Shown here piece by piece: positions 13,651 through 28,629 of a DNA stretch of 64,000 nucleotides. Both the position numbers and the translations under genes were made by a program. Numbering within the stretch: position 1 is the first letter of the stretch; the number at the start of each line of letters is the position of its first letter. The notes beneath the pieces were generated by a model. It had not been told where the DNA came from. It worked only from the letters and a program-made list of their open reading frames with translations, and made no database searches. Source of the DNA: Octopus vulgaris (taxonomy: Eukaryota); assembly GCA_951406725.2 (NCBI GenBank), contig OX597831.1, positions 3,968,001-4,032,000 on the forward strand, read 5' to 3'.

Positions 13651-14629
13651 GAGTACAGAGTAACACACTAAGTTGCTGCTCTTCAGTCTAAAGTTAACCT
13701 TGATTGAGTAGACCTGCGACCAAAGGCATTGCAACCAGAGTAATTCTATGTTTTAAGGGAATCTGGAAATATATTTGCTAATGTGTCTTCTCCTTTTCAA
13801 GACTGTAGTATATGACATGAGAGAAATTTAGTTGCCATTCTTAGCAGATTAAACGATCAGATAAAGATTATCTGTCAGATTTAAATAAACTGTTACACAT
13901 TCGTGCTAAAAGAATAAATGGTACCAAAGTGAGGTGTGTATGAGTCATAGCGTGACAATAAATTGCTGGTGAATCAAGTTCGATTCAATTTTGAATCCTT
14001 TATGTATGCAATAAAGTAATGTTGTTTTAACCATTACATATTATCTCAGTTCCATTAACGACTTATAATTGTAAATTTTCAATCTGCCGTTTATTTCCTG
14101 GTTTCGTTAAGCTCAGTTTTAAAGTGTGATGCTGGGGCGGTTAATTACATAACCAATGGCACACTAGTCATGGCTATCATTTACAAAACAAGGGTGTAGT
14201 ATCAACAAATTTCTCATCAGCTCGTTATAAAAGTAGTTTGCCTTTTCATTTATTTTCGACATTATGTTCACGTCTTGGTGCCTTCCTATTTTGAAGTCCT
14301 GTGAGTATCAAAGAGGTATCGTCATTGATTTTATATGCCTCTGGTGTAGTGCAGCGACCATGCTGCTTTCTTGATTTCTTTTTCCAGCCACACTGCAACC
14401 TGGTTAAAGTCCTTTTTCTCACTTCAGATTTAGTTTTTTCCGGAATGAATTACTCTGTTCCTCAGCAGAAGCCTTTTAACTTTCCGCTCATCGATCTGTT
14501 GACTACTGATTGATTTCAAGTGAGTTTTTTTTTCCTAAAGTAGTTTTCTTTCGGCCACTTCTTTCTAAGAACGGCATTTCTCACTGATAACTTTAAATTG
14601 CTATTTTGGAGACGTTAATTTATATTCAA

Positions 14630-14940
14630 GTGGAGGCACATGTCCTAGTGGTTAGAGCAGCGGACTGGCGGTCGAGGGATCGCGGGTTCGAATCTCAGAC
14701 CGGGCGATGTGTGTGTTTATGAGTGAAATACCTAAACTCCACGCGGCTCCGGCAGAAGGTAATGGCGAACGTCTGCTGACTCTTTCGCCACAATTTCTCT
14801 CACTCTTTCCTCCTGCATCTTGCAGCTCACCTGTGACAGACCGGGGTCCTGTCCAGGTGGGGAACCTATACGCCAAGGAAACCGGGAAACCGGTCCTTAT
14901 GAGCCAGGAATTGCTCGAGAAGGAACAAACAATAACAACA
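14630..14940 (+). mobile_element. SINE with C-like head and alternative tail (...gccaaggaaaccgggaaaccgg...)
   Basis: Homologous to 27040-27345. Confidence 0.8.
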
Positions 14941-15238
14941 ATTTATGTTCAAATGTTCTTTTATTTTGCTGTGTTTAGGGTGGGTCATTACGCGAATATT
15001 AATAATACATGCACTGGTTCAATTCCACTCCTCTATTATTAGTCAATTGATTGAAACTAATCGGTCGTTTTTTAACTTGTTGATCAAACAGTCAGTCGTT
15101 TGGTTTGCTTCTTGTTTTATTCGTCAAAGTTCTTTCGTTGTCATTTGCAACCTTTTCAGTGACTTTTTTCGTAGTCCGTTACGGAGGCTGCGTTTGTCTA
15201 CCTGATACCTTGTTGCTTGTATGTGTGTAAAATATGAC

Positions 15239-15275
<37 letters not shown>

Positions 15276-15358
15276 ATTATCTGTGAGCGTATGTATGTGC
15301 GTGTGTGATTTCTTGCGTTTGTATATGCGCGTGCCTGAGTGCATACATGCGTAAGTAT

Positions 15359-15588
15359 ACTCTTTTTTACTCTTTTACTCTTTTACTTGTTTCAGTCTTT
15401 TGACTGCGGCCATGCTGGAGCACCGCCTTTAGTCGAGCAACTCGACCCCGGGACTTATTCTTTTGTAAGCCCAGTACTTATTCTATCGGCCTCTTTTGCC
15501 GAACCGCTAAGTAACGGGGACATAAACACACCAGCATCAGTTGTCAAGCAATGCTAAGGAGACAAAAACAGACACACAAACACACACA

Positions 15589-15630
<42 letters not shown>

Positions 15631-15793
15631 TACGACGGGCTTCTTTCAGTTTCCGTCTACCAAATCCACTCACAAGGCTTTGGTCAGCCCGAGGCTATAG
15701 TAGAAGACACTTGCCCAAGGTGCCACGCATTGGGACTGAACCCGGAACCATGTGGTTGGTAAACAAGCTACTTACCACACAGCCTCTCCTGCG
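15359..15793 (-). mobile_element. SINE family A
   Basis: Full-length match, inverted relative to 13231-13650. Confidence 0.85.
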
Positions 15794-16744
15794 CCACATG
15801 CGTAAGTATGAATATTTTTTTTATCGTTTTTCTCTTTACTATCTCCAAATATTTTTTTACATCAATTCTGAATTTTCGCCGGTGAAAAGAGTAGCTATAT
15901 GCTTGTTTACATTCAATAAATACCGCTAAAATATGACAGTATTCTTCTATAGATAAACAAACATTTTACCCCCCATTTTCCAAATCTATAATGACATATT
16001 CTTATTGATTTGTCTTTATTTACTTCTTTATAATCTTCAAGATACCGCTTCACAGTTGTGGAAATGAATATAAACAAGCGTTGCTAAAATGATCGGTCAT
16101 TGCTCTATTGTAAATATTTCCCCCAGTTTCATTGAACATTGTTGTCAACACCACCTCAGTAGGTTCCTTTCAAAAACGATATAATCTTCTCTAGAAACAT
16201 TTCATTAAGAATACAGTTCAAATGTTTATATCTTTTACTTTCACAATTGAAGCCCAGGCGTCGCAGCTCATTAAGCCGAGAAGGGCAAATTGACGAAGTA
16301 TCGACCACGCTTTGACAGATTTGTGGTAGAGCCTGTAGCAGTGGAGATCTCCGGCACTGTTGGTCCCAGGACAACATACTAAACCCCTGCTCACTGCTAT
16401 CGGGTCAGAGATGGTTATCTGCAAGTGCGAGCCCCGTGAGCCAGAGTGACTCTTCCAGTGAGTCTCTTTCGCCATCTTCTGGAGCAAAGCCTTTTCCATC
16501 TCGTTTGCCGGGACCACGAAGAGGACTGACAAGTCTTATGTCTCTTAAATATAATCCATTCTATTATCGGCACAAGGCCTGACATTTGGGGGAGAGAGAT
16601 AGTTGATTACACCGACCCCAGTGTTTCACTGGTACTTAATTTATCGACCCCCGAAAGGATGAAAGGCAATTTTCTTGAGTTCGGAACCTCAGGAAGATCA
16701 CGAGCCAGGTTCCAGCACAAGTCCGCCGTCATATGGAAGTCCCG

Positions 16745-17300
16745 ACTGCCATGATATGTTTATTCCATTGATTTTATGTCCTGATGCAAACGTTCTCCCT
16801 ACTCATCACTTATGTCACCAATATTTTCATGCATTTATAAAGGTGATAGTGCAGCTATACGCTCATATTTTCTCCCAACTTTTGAAAGAAAGTTCTCCAG
16901 TATGTTATCGACTATTTCGGATTCGTTGACTGCTTTCTTGGTGCCCAGAAAATAATTTACAACTATCACAAATAGATTCGATGCTACTGTTTTTATGCAA
17001 TTCATTGAATTTACAAAGTTCCCACGTTTGAGGCCCATCAAATACCCCAGCTTTTGTCTTTTCATTGCTCAGACCAGGAAATGCGTTGCAGATACAGTAT
17101 AGGCATGGTCCAGCTTTATTCAGAGCTTTAACAAACTGCTCCACGACTGTATTTTGATATGGAGTGGCAGTAGGATGATTTTTTGAACAAAGAACCTTTT
17201 TCCCCTTGAACAAAGAACCTTATTTAAAGACCCTTGAACGAATGTTTGCTGCGGCTATTCTTTGATCAATAATTTTTTTTTTCTTGGCTCCGCTGTCCCA
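16745..17300 (-). pseudogene. Decayed DDE transposase, Chapaev3 (CMC)-like
   Basis: Motifs QFVKALNKAGPC..AFPGLSNEKTKAGVFDGPQ, NYFLGTKKA and ENIGDISDE*GERLHQDIKSME. The family name is from recall of these motifs. Confidence 0.65.
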
Positions 17301-17339
17301 TATATATCGGTCATTCAATATGTGACCGCGTGTATATCG

Positions 17340-17518
17340 TTGGCGATTTTCTTTCTCCGTTTTCCCTTCCTTGGACCTTTTCTTTTTCTATGTTTCTGAC
17401 GAAGAGCTCCGCTCGAAACCTTAAAATCCACCTTATTTTCCTTTCCTGAGCGTCCAATAACACTATACTTGTTCCACGTCCTCGCGTTGTTGTGCTTTCT
17501 CTTTGTTCATGTTTGGAT

Positions 17519-17522
<4 letters not shown>
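17340..17522 (+). mobile_element. PLE 3' fragment, second family, with HHR-like motif at 17392-17427
   Basis: UUU-CUGACGA-A-GAGC-UCC-GCUC-GAAAC-CUU-AAA. Ends in (TA)n. Confidence 0.7.
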
Positions 17523-17584
<62 letters not shown>

Positions 17585-19041
17585 TGTGTGTTTGTGTATG
17601 TATGTATGTATGTATGTATGTATGTATGTATGTATGTATGTATGTATGTATTTGTGTGTGTGTGTGTGTGTCTGTGTAATGCATGGAAATTTCACAGGTA
17701 GACTACCTATTTTTCTGAAAAATAAGCAAAATTGCGAAATTTGGGTTTTCTTGAAATCTAGTCGTGATAGTAAAAATAGAGTATTCCATTTTTGAATTCA
17801 GCGTACAAGATTTTGGAATTTAGGAAAACAGAATCCTGACACGAAAGTACCTGTCGCATTGTGTTACCAAAGGGGTTATTTCTATCTTCATGCTTTACAT
17901 TTGGCTTATTTCTCTCTTTTCACCATCTTTGTATTTCGATAGTGTCATCGTTTCTCTTAGAGATACATTGTCATCTGTTGAAACTGAGAGGATTAATGGT
18001 GGTGAGGGTATTTTTGTTGTTGGTGGTCATTGATTTCTTCTTCTTCTTCTACTTCTTCTTCCTCTCCTTCTTCTTCTTCTTCTTCTTCTTCTTCTTCTTC
18101 TTCTTCTTCTTCTTCTTCTTCTTCTTCTTCTTCTTCTTTTGCTATATATATATATATATATATATATAAAAGGAAAAGGCAGTGAAATATTTCAGAAATA
18201 TTTCAGGAAAATAACAATGAAGTTGCGTGAAACGATGTCACTGCTGGAAATGAAGTTATATTCTGACACAAATCGCATGAGCTATCAGATGGAGTAGTTT
18301 CCATTGCTTTCTCAAGACTCCTCAACAACGCATCTTCAAGTTCTAGTTATTTATCATCAATGGAAGTCCATAAATCACAAGCCTCTTCTCTGACATTTTT
18401 GCATTACTAATTTTCCAAGCTGCATCTTCCTTCATAAATTATTCATAAATTTTCTTGCTAAACCTCCAAAATATGATAACGTACGTTATCACAGTCAGTC
18501 CGTTGGTTCCTTTTCTTGGGATCCAAATGAAGAAACAAAAATATACCTTGGCATGGTAATCCTTTTGTGAAGGGTTTTATACCACTTAACTTAAATAATC
18601 CCTGTAGCTGCGGAATAACAAGCAGTCCATCATAACTGTGGAGATAATGAGCAATATATGTTACAGAACAGTTCTGCATTCGCTTCTAATGGCCGAAAAC
18701 CGAAAGTAGATGGCGTGATGAAGTAAATCATTTTCTTTCTTTAAAAACGTATTTTATTCTAAACCCACAACATCATTATTGTTTGTTCTGAAAACTGTAC
18801 AATGTTTATACAGCATGGTTGAATCGTAAAGAAGAACGCTTCACAATCACCAAGGTCTGTGTTCGATCCCATTGTATGGTATCTTGGGCAGATGTCTTTT
18901 ACCATATCCTCAGGTGAACCAAGTATTGTAACCATAGACAGGTAAACAGAAACTGGGCGGAAGCTTGTTGGCTGCAGTACACCTGTAATTGAAAGGAGCA
19001 TTTGCTCACACAATGTGTCACACGGATTCCACTTGAAGACT

Positions 19042-19365
19042 GTGAAGGCGCGTGGCTTAGTGGTTAGGGTATTCGGCTCATGTCCATAAAGTCGTGAGTT
19101 CGATTCCCGGCAGCACGTTGTATCTTTGAGCAAAACACTTTATTTCATGCTGCTCCAGTCCACTCAGCTGGTCAAAATGAGTTTCACTTGTAATTCAAAG
19201 GGTCAGCCTTGTCACATTCGGTGTGATACGCTGAATCTCATTGAGAACTGTCATGGGCACATGTGTCTGTGCAGTGCACAGCCGCTTGCACGTTGATCTC
19301 ACGAGTAAGCTGTTCCGTTGATCGAATCAAGTGGAACGCTCGTCGTCGTAACCGACGGAGTGCCA
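19042..19365 (+). mobile_element. SINE family D
   Basis: Same head, core and tail as the other D copies. Confidence 0.78.
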
Positions 19366-20595
19366 GTTACACCAGAAGACTACGTTAAAAATTACACGTG
19401 ACTGTGGAATACTCAGCAACATTGCATCCTAATTCAACGAGGAGATAGCTCAGTTGCTCAAACGACTTAATACTCATCGACGAAGCTGACGGAGACCCAT
19501 TTGCCTTACATACGTTTCTACAGTGCCTCCATCTTTTTCCAGTGCCTCTGTCCTTTTCCTGAGTCTTCATCCTTTTTCTTGTGTCACTGCCAAGATGCTA
19601 CTTTGTATTGATCCTCCACGTGGGTTTTTATTCCTTCAAAGACGAAGAACTGAGTCAGCCGGAGACAAGGTGTACGTGAATGATATTAGATCGTATCCAG
19701 ACGTACAACCTACCACACTGTGTAACACGGTTTTTGTCCGTGAGTAGAAGCTGTTATCTCCTATTTGTTTACCCCTAGAAAATATGAAAAAATAGCTAAT
19801 GTTTCCTTCAAACTTTGCTTTTGTTACGATATTTATTCAAACACCAAAGAATTCCTATGACTATGATGCTCCCCCACTACTCCTGCTCATGATCAGAGAT
19901 GCACATATTGTCAGTCACTAAGGGACATGCTCAACTGGTTAAGGTCAAGCAACTAACAAGCAAATCTGTGGTATAGAGCAGAATATTTACTATAACAATA
20001 TTTCTACTTCAAAAACTCATCGCTGAATCTGTCTGAAACGTAATGGAAAATGGATCAGTTTCAAAACATTGATGTCCAGATGACAAAAAGCGAAGTCTGA
20101 AAGGAATAGTAGTGATTTTCTTTGATTTCTAGATAGAAGCAAATAGGAAATAATACTTACTGACCAAAGACAGAAAAGAAAGAAAATGTTTCTCAATGCT
20201 ATTAACCTAAGATGGCTTTGTTTGATCAGGGCTAACCTGAAGTTTGAAGAGTAACAAGCTTATGGAACAATGTATCATGACTAGTATTAGAAATAGCAGC
20301 TAAATCTTCTTTAAGTCACGTTTTACTAACTTAGAAGTAGCACTTTGATAATGTAAGCTTTGATGTAGTTATTGTATCCGAAATGAAATTGGTAATGCTC
20401 ACGGCTGGAAAGAGAGACTTTCATATTATGTCTTCTGCATCCGGACTGACCCGGGGCTAACAACGACTACAACATTGAGGACGACGACAACGACAACGAC
20501 AACAACATTGTTAACCCGAGCTAACGATGGATCGTCTATGCGATCACTCGACCTGCTATTAATAGCGTTCGAATTCTCTCAAATCGCAAAGTAAG

Positions 20596-20979
20596 GGAAG
20601 CACTCCGTCGGTTACGACGATGAGGGTTCCGGTTGATCCGAATCAGCGGAACAGCCAGCTCGTGAAATTAACGTGTAAGTGGCTGAGCACTCCACAGACA
20701 CGTGTACCCTTAACATAGTTCTCGGGGATATTCAGCGTGACACAGAGAGTGACAAGGCCGGCCCTTTGAAATACAGGTACAACAGAAACAGGAAGTAAGA
20801 GTGAGAGGAAGTTGTGGTGAAAGAGTACAGCAAGGATCACCACCATCCCCTGCCGGAGCCTCGTGGAGCTTTTTAGGTGTTTTCGCTTAATAAACACTCA
20901 CAACGCCGGTCTGGGAATCGAAACCGCGATCCTTTGACCGCGAGTCCGCTGCCCTAACCACTGGGCCATTGTACCTCCA
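20596..20979 (-). mobile_element. SINE family C
   Basis: Near-identical to 7407-7786. TSD aatcgcaaagta. Confidence 0.88.
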
Positions 20980-22729
20980 ATCGCAAAGTATTGTCTTTAT
21001 GATTTGAGACATTCTGGATTAAATGACTGTAGTTACAATAAGATGGGTTGGGCACGAGTGGACACGAGTAGAGAAAGACGGATTTAGTCACGATTAGAAT
21101 GTCTTTGATCATAAGCCTGTTCGATCAAGGCTGACCTGGTCGGTGGGGGGGAGGAGGTTGGGTTTCGGCTCTAACAACAGCAACAAAAACAACAACAATA
21201 TTAAGTGAGATCATAAGTACTAACAACAAAAATACTGGTGAAACAAACAAAAAGAAAAACAGACAGCCACTGCAATGACAAAAAGCCGAACATGAGCTTA
21301 ACCACCACCACCACCACCACCACTGCAACAACAACAACAACCACAAGAGAAGCGACGAATAGACACAGTATCTGATCGCCTCAATACTTCGCAGACTTTT
21401 CAAGTGTGTTGACGGAAATTTCTGGTCTTCGAAAGAGAAAACAAAAGTTGTTTACTTCGAGAATTTCCAGAATATTCTGCTGTAAACTGACTGGGTGTTT
21501 CGGTGTCTTAGGCAAGTTCTTCAGTAAAACTTCAGCACAGTTACAATTGATGGTGATACGTCTACCTCCCTCCACCTTCTTCCCTCTCTCCCTCTCTCTC
21601 TCTCTCTCTTTTGACTGTCTTTCTCAACTTCTTAGTTCCCTCTGCCCAATTCCTTCTCTATCGTGTCTCATTTATTGCCGATGTCTCTGCTACGGGCGTT
21701 TCGGCGTACACGCCTTTCTTATTTGAAGTTCTTATTGAAGTAGATTCAATAACACAGACGGTGGGGGTAGATGGAGAGAGAGAGAGGGAGAGAGAGGGGG
21801 AGAGAGCAATAAATATATATTAAGGAGATAAATAAATATGTAATAGATAGATAAACAGGAAAGTCGCTAGACAGATTGATATACCGTTATGTAGTTGGAG
21901 GGGTGGAATTATATACATACATGCATATATATATGTATGTGTGTGGGATGTATACATGCATACATACATATACATATATATATGTATGCTTGTATGTGTA
22001 TATTGTATATATATATGCGTGTATGTGTGTGTTTGTATGTGTGTATGCATATAAACATATATACTATATAGATACATACTTGCATGCACCGATATAGTAT
22101 ATATGTATATATGTATGCTTGTATATGTATGTATGTATATATATATATGTGTGTGTGTATGCATGCATATATACATATATACTATATAGATACATACTTG
22201 CATGCATCTATATAGTATACATGTATATATGTATGCTTGTATGTGTATATATGTATATATGTATGCTTGTATGTGTATATATGTATATATGTATGCTTGT
22301 ATGTGTATATATGTATATAAATATGTGTGTGTGTGTGTGTGTATGCATGCATATATACATATATACTATATAGATACATACTTGCATGCATTTAAGTACA
22401 TTCGTAAGTATATATATATTAATGTATGTATAATATATATATATATATGCGTAGATATATGATTATGGATATTTACTCACGCATGTGTTTATAATTGAGA
22501 AGATGAATGCTATGTTCATGCGTGCGCGTGTTTACCTTTCGACTTGGCACCGCTGCAAGAATCTTGCAAAGAACAAACAACATTGTCGATACAAAAAAAC
22601 ATTTGCGTTCGCTGACATGTGTGAAAGACTGGCGTTGAGACGCCATTGTAGTATGTCGTGATATTGTGCAACTGCAGACTTTCACATCTGTTTTATTGTC
22701 AGGTTTGATTGCTAATTCTGGTTAAAACG

Positions 22730-23420
22730 AAACCACTACCACGACGACCACGACGACCACGACGACCACGACGACCGCGAAGACATTTCAATCGTCAGCA
22801 CCAACGCCAGCATCCACCGCATCCACCGCAACCTGCATCACCATCGCCACCACCACCATCGCGTTGCGGCCACCACCGTCACGACCACCGCCACCGCTAC
22901 CGCCGCTGCCGTCACCACCATCTTGACCAGCAGCAGCAGCAGCACCACCACCACCACCATCATCACCATCGTCACCATCGTCACAACAACCCACAACGAC
23001 AAACCACCACTTCTACTATTACCACCACCACTACCACCACCACCACCACTACCAGCATATTACCACTGCCACGTCAAACTACCACCACCACCACCACCAA
23101 TACCACAGCCACAACAGCAATAACCACAATAACCACCACTACTACAATCCTATACCAACACCACCAACTAGAACTGCTCACACTACCACATTACCACTGC
23201 CACGTCAAACTACCACCACCACCACCAATACCACAGCCACAACAGCAATAACCACAATAACCACCACTACTACAATCCTATACCAACACCACCAACTAGA
23301 ACTGCTCACACTACCACATATTACCACTGCCACGTCAAACTACCACCACCACCACCACCAATACCACAGCCACAACAGCAATAACCACAATAACCGCCAC
23401 TACTACAAACTACCACCACA
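22730..23420. repeat. (CAC/GAC/CAG)n low-complexity tract with ~130-bp tandem triplication (23058-23410)
   Basis: attaccactgccacgtcaaactaccacc occurs three times. Confidence 0.85.
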
Positions 23421-24079
23421 TCGATAGCAACAAACAGCAACATCAATATTAGCAACAAAAGTTAAACTAGGAAGGCTTCCTCTACGTGGTCGTTTGACTA
23501 GCTAAAAGTAGCAGCCAAATCTTCCTACCTTCTAGAAAACTTGAAGAATATATAAGATGTTGTAGCTCGGTACACTCTTCAAAATGGTATGGTCACGGCT
23601 GGAATGCTTTTCATCAGCGTTAAGTCAGTTCGATTAGACTTGATTTTGGAATTAAATAATAACAACGAAGAAAAAAGCACCACGAGGACAGTGATGGTGC
23701 CACCACAACCACGACCACGACCACCACCACGACCACGACCATCATCATCATCATCATCACCACAACCATCACTATCACCAGCACCACCAGCACCGTCACC
23801 ATCACCACCATCATCAATAAAATCCTTTTCAGAGTTGAATCGAACGCAACACTTGACTGGTGCAAGGCTCAGGAAGTTGAAAAATTAAGTCGACGTTAGA
23901 TGGATTTGCAGTCAGATTTGTCGTGGGATGTAACGTTAATACTACAATTCAATTTCGTTTGATTCGAATACTTTCATAGACTGATGCGCACAATCACACA
24001 TTTGTAACCGTATTGTATAAAGTCATAGAATTTATTCCTGTATTACACTAAAAAAAGACAGAAAAGAAGGTAGGGTAAA

Positions 24080-24360
24080 GACCCTCATCGGTCATGAATG
24101 ACCCTGGGATTGCGCCTAGAAAGTTCCCCTCCAAGGCATAAGTCCAGACAAGATTGTTTATGGAAGACCAACAGTCACCCAGCCTCCTGTTTCTACACCA
24201 CTGATGTTTTCCAAGGGAAAGACAGAGGCCGATATAGCTTGGTACCAGTGGCGTCGCAACTCATTTCTACAGCTGAGTGAACTGGAGCAACGTGAAATAA
24301 AGTGTCTAGCTCAGAACACAACACACAGCCAGGCCGGGATTCGAACACACAACCTCACAC
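24080..24360 (-). mobile_element. SINE family E
   Basis: Homologous to 12690-12972. Confidence 0.72.
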
Positions 24361-24935
24361 TATATTACTCATAACACACACACACACACACACAGACATA
24401 CACACACACACATTATTGTTCACTCACAGATGCACATACTCTCAAACAGCGGACCTCAGTAATCACCTAAAAAGAAATAAAGATTAAGAAGATAAGCCTG
24501 TTATTCATGAAATGACTCTGACAGGATGATATTATAAAGTCTACCCCGGTGGGACTTGAACTCAGGACACTAAGAGATGGCTTTGTTGCTAATGATCAGC
24601 GCTGGATTAAACATTAGGGGCATTAAGGAAAACAGGGGGAAACCACACGAATGATAAATGGTCTACGGCACAAAAGAAATCACGTCAAATTTGCTGAAAC
24701 ACTATTTGAAGTGATTTATATGATCTGAAATATAATTTTGAAGTGTTCATGGTATCTTAGTGAGGATCTGATCAAAGACTTTGCAATTAAAGAATAAAAA
24801 GAATCCGGAGAACACTTCAAATATAAATAAAGTGAAAGTACACAACGGAAACACTATTTTCTATCTTACTGTTAGTTTTGCTTCATTTTGAAGAAAAAAA
24901 AAATTATCTTATGGTTTATTATTGTCTATATTCTG

Positions 24936-25009
<74 letters not shown>

Positions 25010-25079
25010 TGAAATAGAAAGATGAATAATCTTGTTGCAGATTAATCAAAAGTTGTTTTTCCAACGGATTTCCTATTTC

Positions 25080-25159
25080 TTCCTGAAGAGAAAGACACAA
25101 TATGGTCTCATTATTCAATCGGAATTTGGTAAATTGTGCCTTTCGAAACACGTGTAGAA
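25080..25159 (+). ncRNA. Type I hammerhead ribozyme motif
   Basis: UUC-CUGAAGA-GAAAGACACAAU...AUUGUGCCUUUC-GAAAC-ACGU-GUA-GAA, inside a ~210-bp insert between (TA)n tracts. Helix I is only 3 bp. Confidence 0.72.
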
Positions 25160-25209
25160 TGCAATAAAACGATTTCTGTTCAATCTTCGTTCAACTCCAT
25201 TTCTTCAAT

Positions 25210-25283
<74 letters not shown>

Positions 25284-25702
25284 AAACGGGGGCACCAAAG
25301 TCTTTTAGGCTCATAACAGACGATTTATATATTTGCAGTGAGATAGTTCCTTTCTAAGGTTTGGTCAACACAAAGTATTTTGAAGAATACCAGCAGCTAC
25401 CCTGGCATGTAAATCTCCTCTGTCTACATTACTGGTGTTGTCCATAACGAAAAGCCACACCGATGCAGGTTCGGCACATTGTTGTTGCAGGCAACAATTA
25501 CCACAAGAACACGAAGAGCCACATCAAATGCCGTCGGATGCACTAAATATTTCGCCCTGTTTGTTTATCGATACGGAAAGGTTAAATAATGTGAAGTTGA
25601 CTTCTGCGGAATTTGAACGTACGCCTTATTGGTTAATCTTACCCAGAAAATAAGACGAAATATTTACTATTGTCATTTCTTTGGTCATTATGTTTGTTCT
25701 TT

Positions 25703-26101
25703 AAGGCGGCGAGCTGGCAGAAACGTTAGCACGCCGGGCGAAATGCTTAGTGGAATTTCGTCTGTCTTTATGTTCTGAGTTCAAATTCCGCCGAGGTCGA
25801 CTTTGTCTTTCATCCTTTCGGGGTCGATTAAATAAGTACCAGTTACGCAATGGGGTCGATATAATCGACTTAATCCGTTTGTCTGTCCTTGTTTGTCCCC
25901 TCTCTGTGTTTAGCCCCTTGTGGGTAGTAAAGAAATATATATTTCGTCTGCCGTTACTTTCTGAGTTCAAATTCCGCCGAGGTCGACTTTCCCTTTCATC
26001 CTTTCGGGGTCGATAAAATAAGTACCAGTTACGCACTTGGGTCGATATAATCGACTAGTCCCCTTCCCCAAATTTCTGGCCATGTGCCTATAGCAGAAAG
26101 G
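25703..26101 (+). mobile_element. SINE family B dimer with 16-bp TSD
   Basis: attatgtttgttcttt at 25687-25702 and 26102-26117. Confidence 0.88.
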
Positions 26102-27039
26102 ATTATGTTTGTTCTTTGATAGTTATACCTGAATATTCAATTGGGGCTGACCTGGGACTGACTTCATAACAACATCAACAACAAAGATAACAAGAAATTG
26201 TTACCTTAGCGTGATTTGAACTTAAAGCAAAAACGGAAGCTCTTTACTGATTTTGTCATTCGACGATCCAAATGTTAACCAGGATTATAACTGTCGAGTT
26301 ATTATTGATCGCCAAGACAAATAGCTATGTCACGCAGTCCATCGATTACCTTATATCTTCGCTACTTATATTGGTTTCAACAAAAGAATACGTGACGTCA
26401 TCTTGCTGTTGATTCGACTCAATATATTTCCTCACATAGATATTAATGTTAAAATAACTCAGCTTGTTATTTGCTAGAAACAGGAAATTCCAGTATTATT
26501 TTAAAACACAAAAATAGAACATTTTCTTATATCTTCATCTGATTTATTATGAGAAGACATGCTTATATTAGTACTTTTTATTTTTATTTTTGGGTTTAAG
26601 TATTATGTTGACCTTTAATTACAGTGAGTTTAGTCATGTATTGCATGTCTTGTTGTGCAGAAAATGCACGCTTCTCTTCGCCAATGTAAAGGTTTACAAA
26701 AGCAAAAGAAACACGAAAGGTAAATCGAGATTCCGAAGGAGTGAATCTATAAACAGTCCTCCTGTAATTTCAAATTCCCACATATTAATAATACAAATCG
26801 TGTATTCTTGCCGTCTGGGCAATTTGAATAAAAACATCCAAATTTATTCAGATAATATCGTTGGCAATCGAAATAGCGCAATTGAGAACAATTATGGAAG
26901 CTTTTCAAATTCAGTGCAGCGAAGTTATATAATATATTTAAATATGAGAAATATATTTAGTATGACGCATTATACTATTTCGAATATTCCTGAGCTACTA
27001 CTTGGTTTCAAGTTGACCAATGCCTTGCAAATGGAATTA

Positions 27040-27345
27040 GCACATGGCCTAATGGTTAGAGCAGCGGACTCGCTCGCAGTCGAGGGATCGCGGGTTCGAA
27101 TCTCAGACCGGGCGGTATGTGTGTTTATGAGCGAAACACCTATGCTCCACGCGGCTCCGGCAGAAAGCAATGGCGAACTTCTGCTGACTCTTTCGCCACA
27201 ACTTTCTCTCATCCTTTCTTCCTGCATCTTGCAGTTCACCCTGCGACGGACCGGTGTCTCGTCCAGGTGGGAAACCTATACGCCAAGGAAATCGGGAAAC
27301 TGGCCCTTATGAGCCAGGCATGGCTCGAGAAGGAACAAACAAATG
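27040..27345 (+). mobile_element. SINE with C-like head and alternative tail
   Basis: Homologous to 14630-14940. Confidence 0.8.
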
Positions 27346-27550
27346 GAATTTGATTGCTATACATACTTTTACCTATGTGTATGTATGTATGTATGTAGGA
27401 TTTTTCTTTGAGTTTTATTTAAGTTCTTCGGAGGAGGACTCACGCCAGTCGCTAACAACGCGACGAAACTTTTTGAGTTAAAGAGAGTTCCCAGTGATTG
27501 TAAATATGTGACTGGGTTGGTGTGTTTGTTGAACTGTCGAGGCACACACC

Positions 27551-28053
<503 letters not shown>

Positions 28054-28367
28054 TGCTCGTCTTCCGTTTGAACTCATTCTTTCCTCTTCCTAATTTCCTT
28101 ATTCAGTCATCCCGAACATTTCCCACTCATCTCTTGTCTCCGCATATTTCTACAAGACTAGAGCGAAGGATACTGCTGCTTGCAACCTCTGACCAGTCCT
28201 GTGCGGGAGGCAGAAAAACTTTCACCCAGAATCCGGTACTGACGACAGTCAGAAGAGAAGGACACACAGACGCGCACACACAAACATGTATTGAATATAT
28301 CCACGGAGTTACCTTCCTTTTACTTTACCGACTCTGGAGTAATTTTTTGTAATTTTAGCACAAGACC

Positions 28368-28620
28368 GTGAAGGCGCGTGGCTTAGTGGTTAGGGTGTCA
28401 GCATCATGATCGTAAGATTGTGGTTTCGATTCCTGGACCGAGCGACGCGTTGTGTTCTTGAGCAAAACACTTCATTTCACGTTGCTTCAGTCCACTCAGC
28501 TGGCAAAAATGAGTAACGCTGCGATGGACTGCCGTCCCTTCCAGCTAGGGAATACATACGCCACAGAAACCGGGGAAACCGGGCCTATGAGCTTGGCTAG
28601 GCTTTAAAAGGGTGCATTTA
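28368..28620 (+). mobile_element. SINE with D-like head and alternative tail
   Basis: Homologous to 59821-60050 and to the decayed copy at 49158-49380. Confidence 0.78.
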
Positions 28621-28629
28621 TTTTATTTT

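Noticed and set aside
14260-14500. Possible R4/NeSL-type LINE remnant on the minus strand (FNQVAVWL, QNRKAP)
   Set aside because: Only two short motifs, not supportable without a search.
22709-23251. His/Pro/Thr-rich ORF resembling a transcription-factor low-complexity region
   Set aside because: Trinucleotide tract with tandem triplication. No domain or splice evidence.
26590-27312. 240-aa ORF
   Set aside because: AT-rich stop-free stretch running into a SINE, with no recognisable domain.
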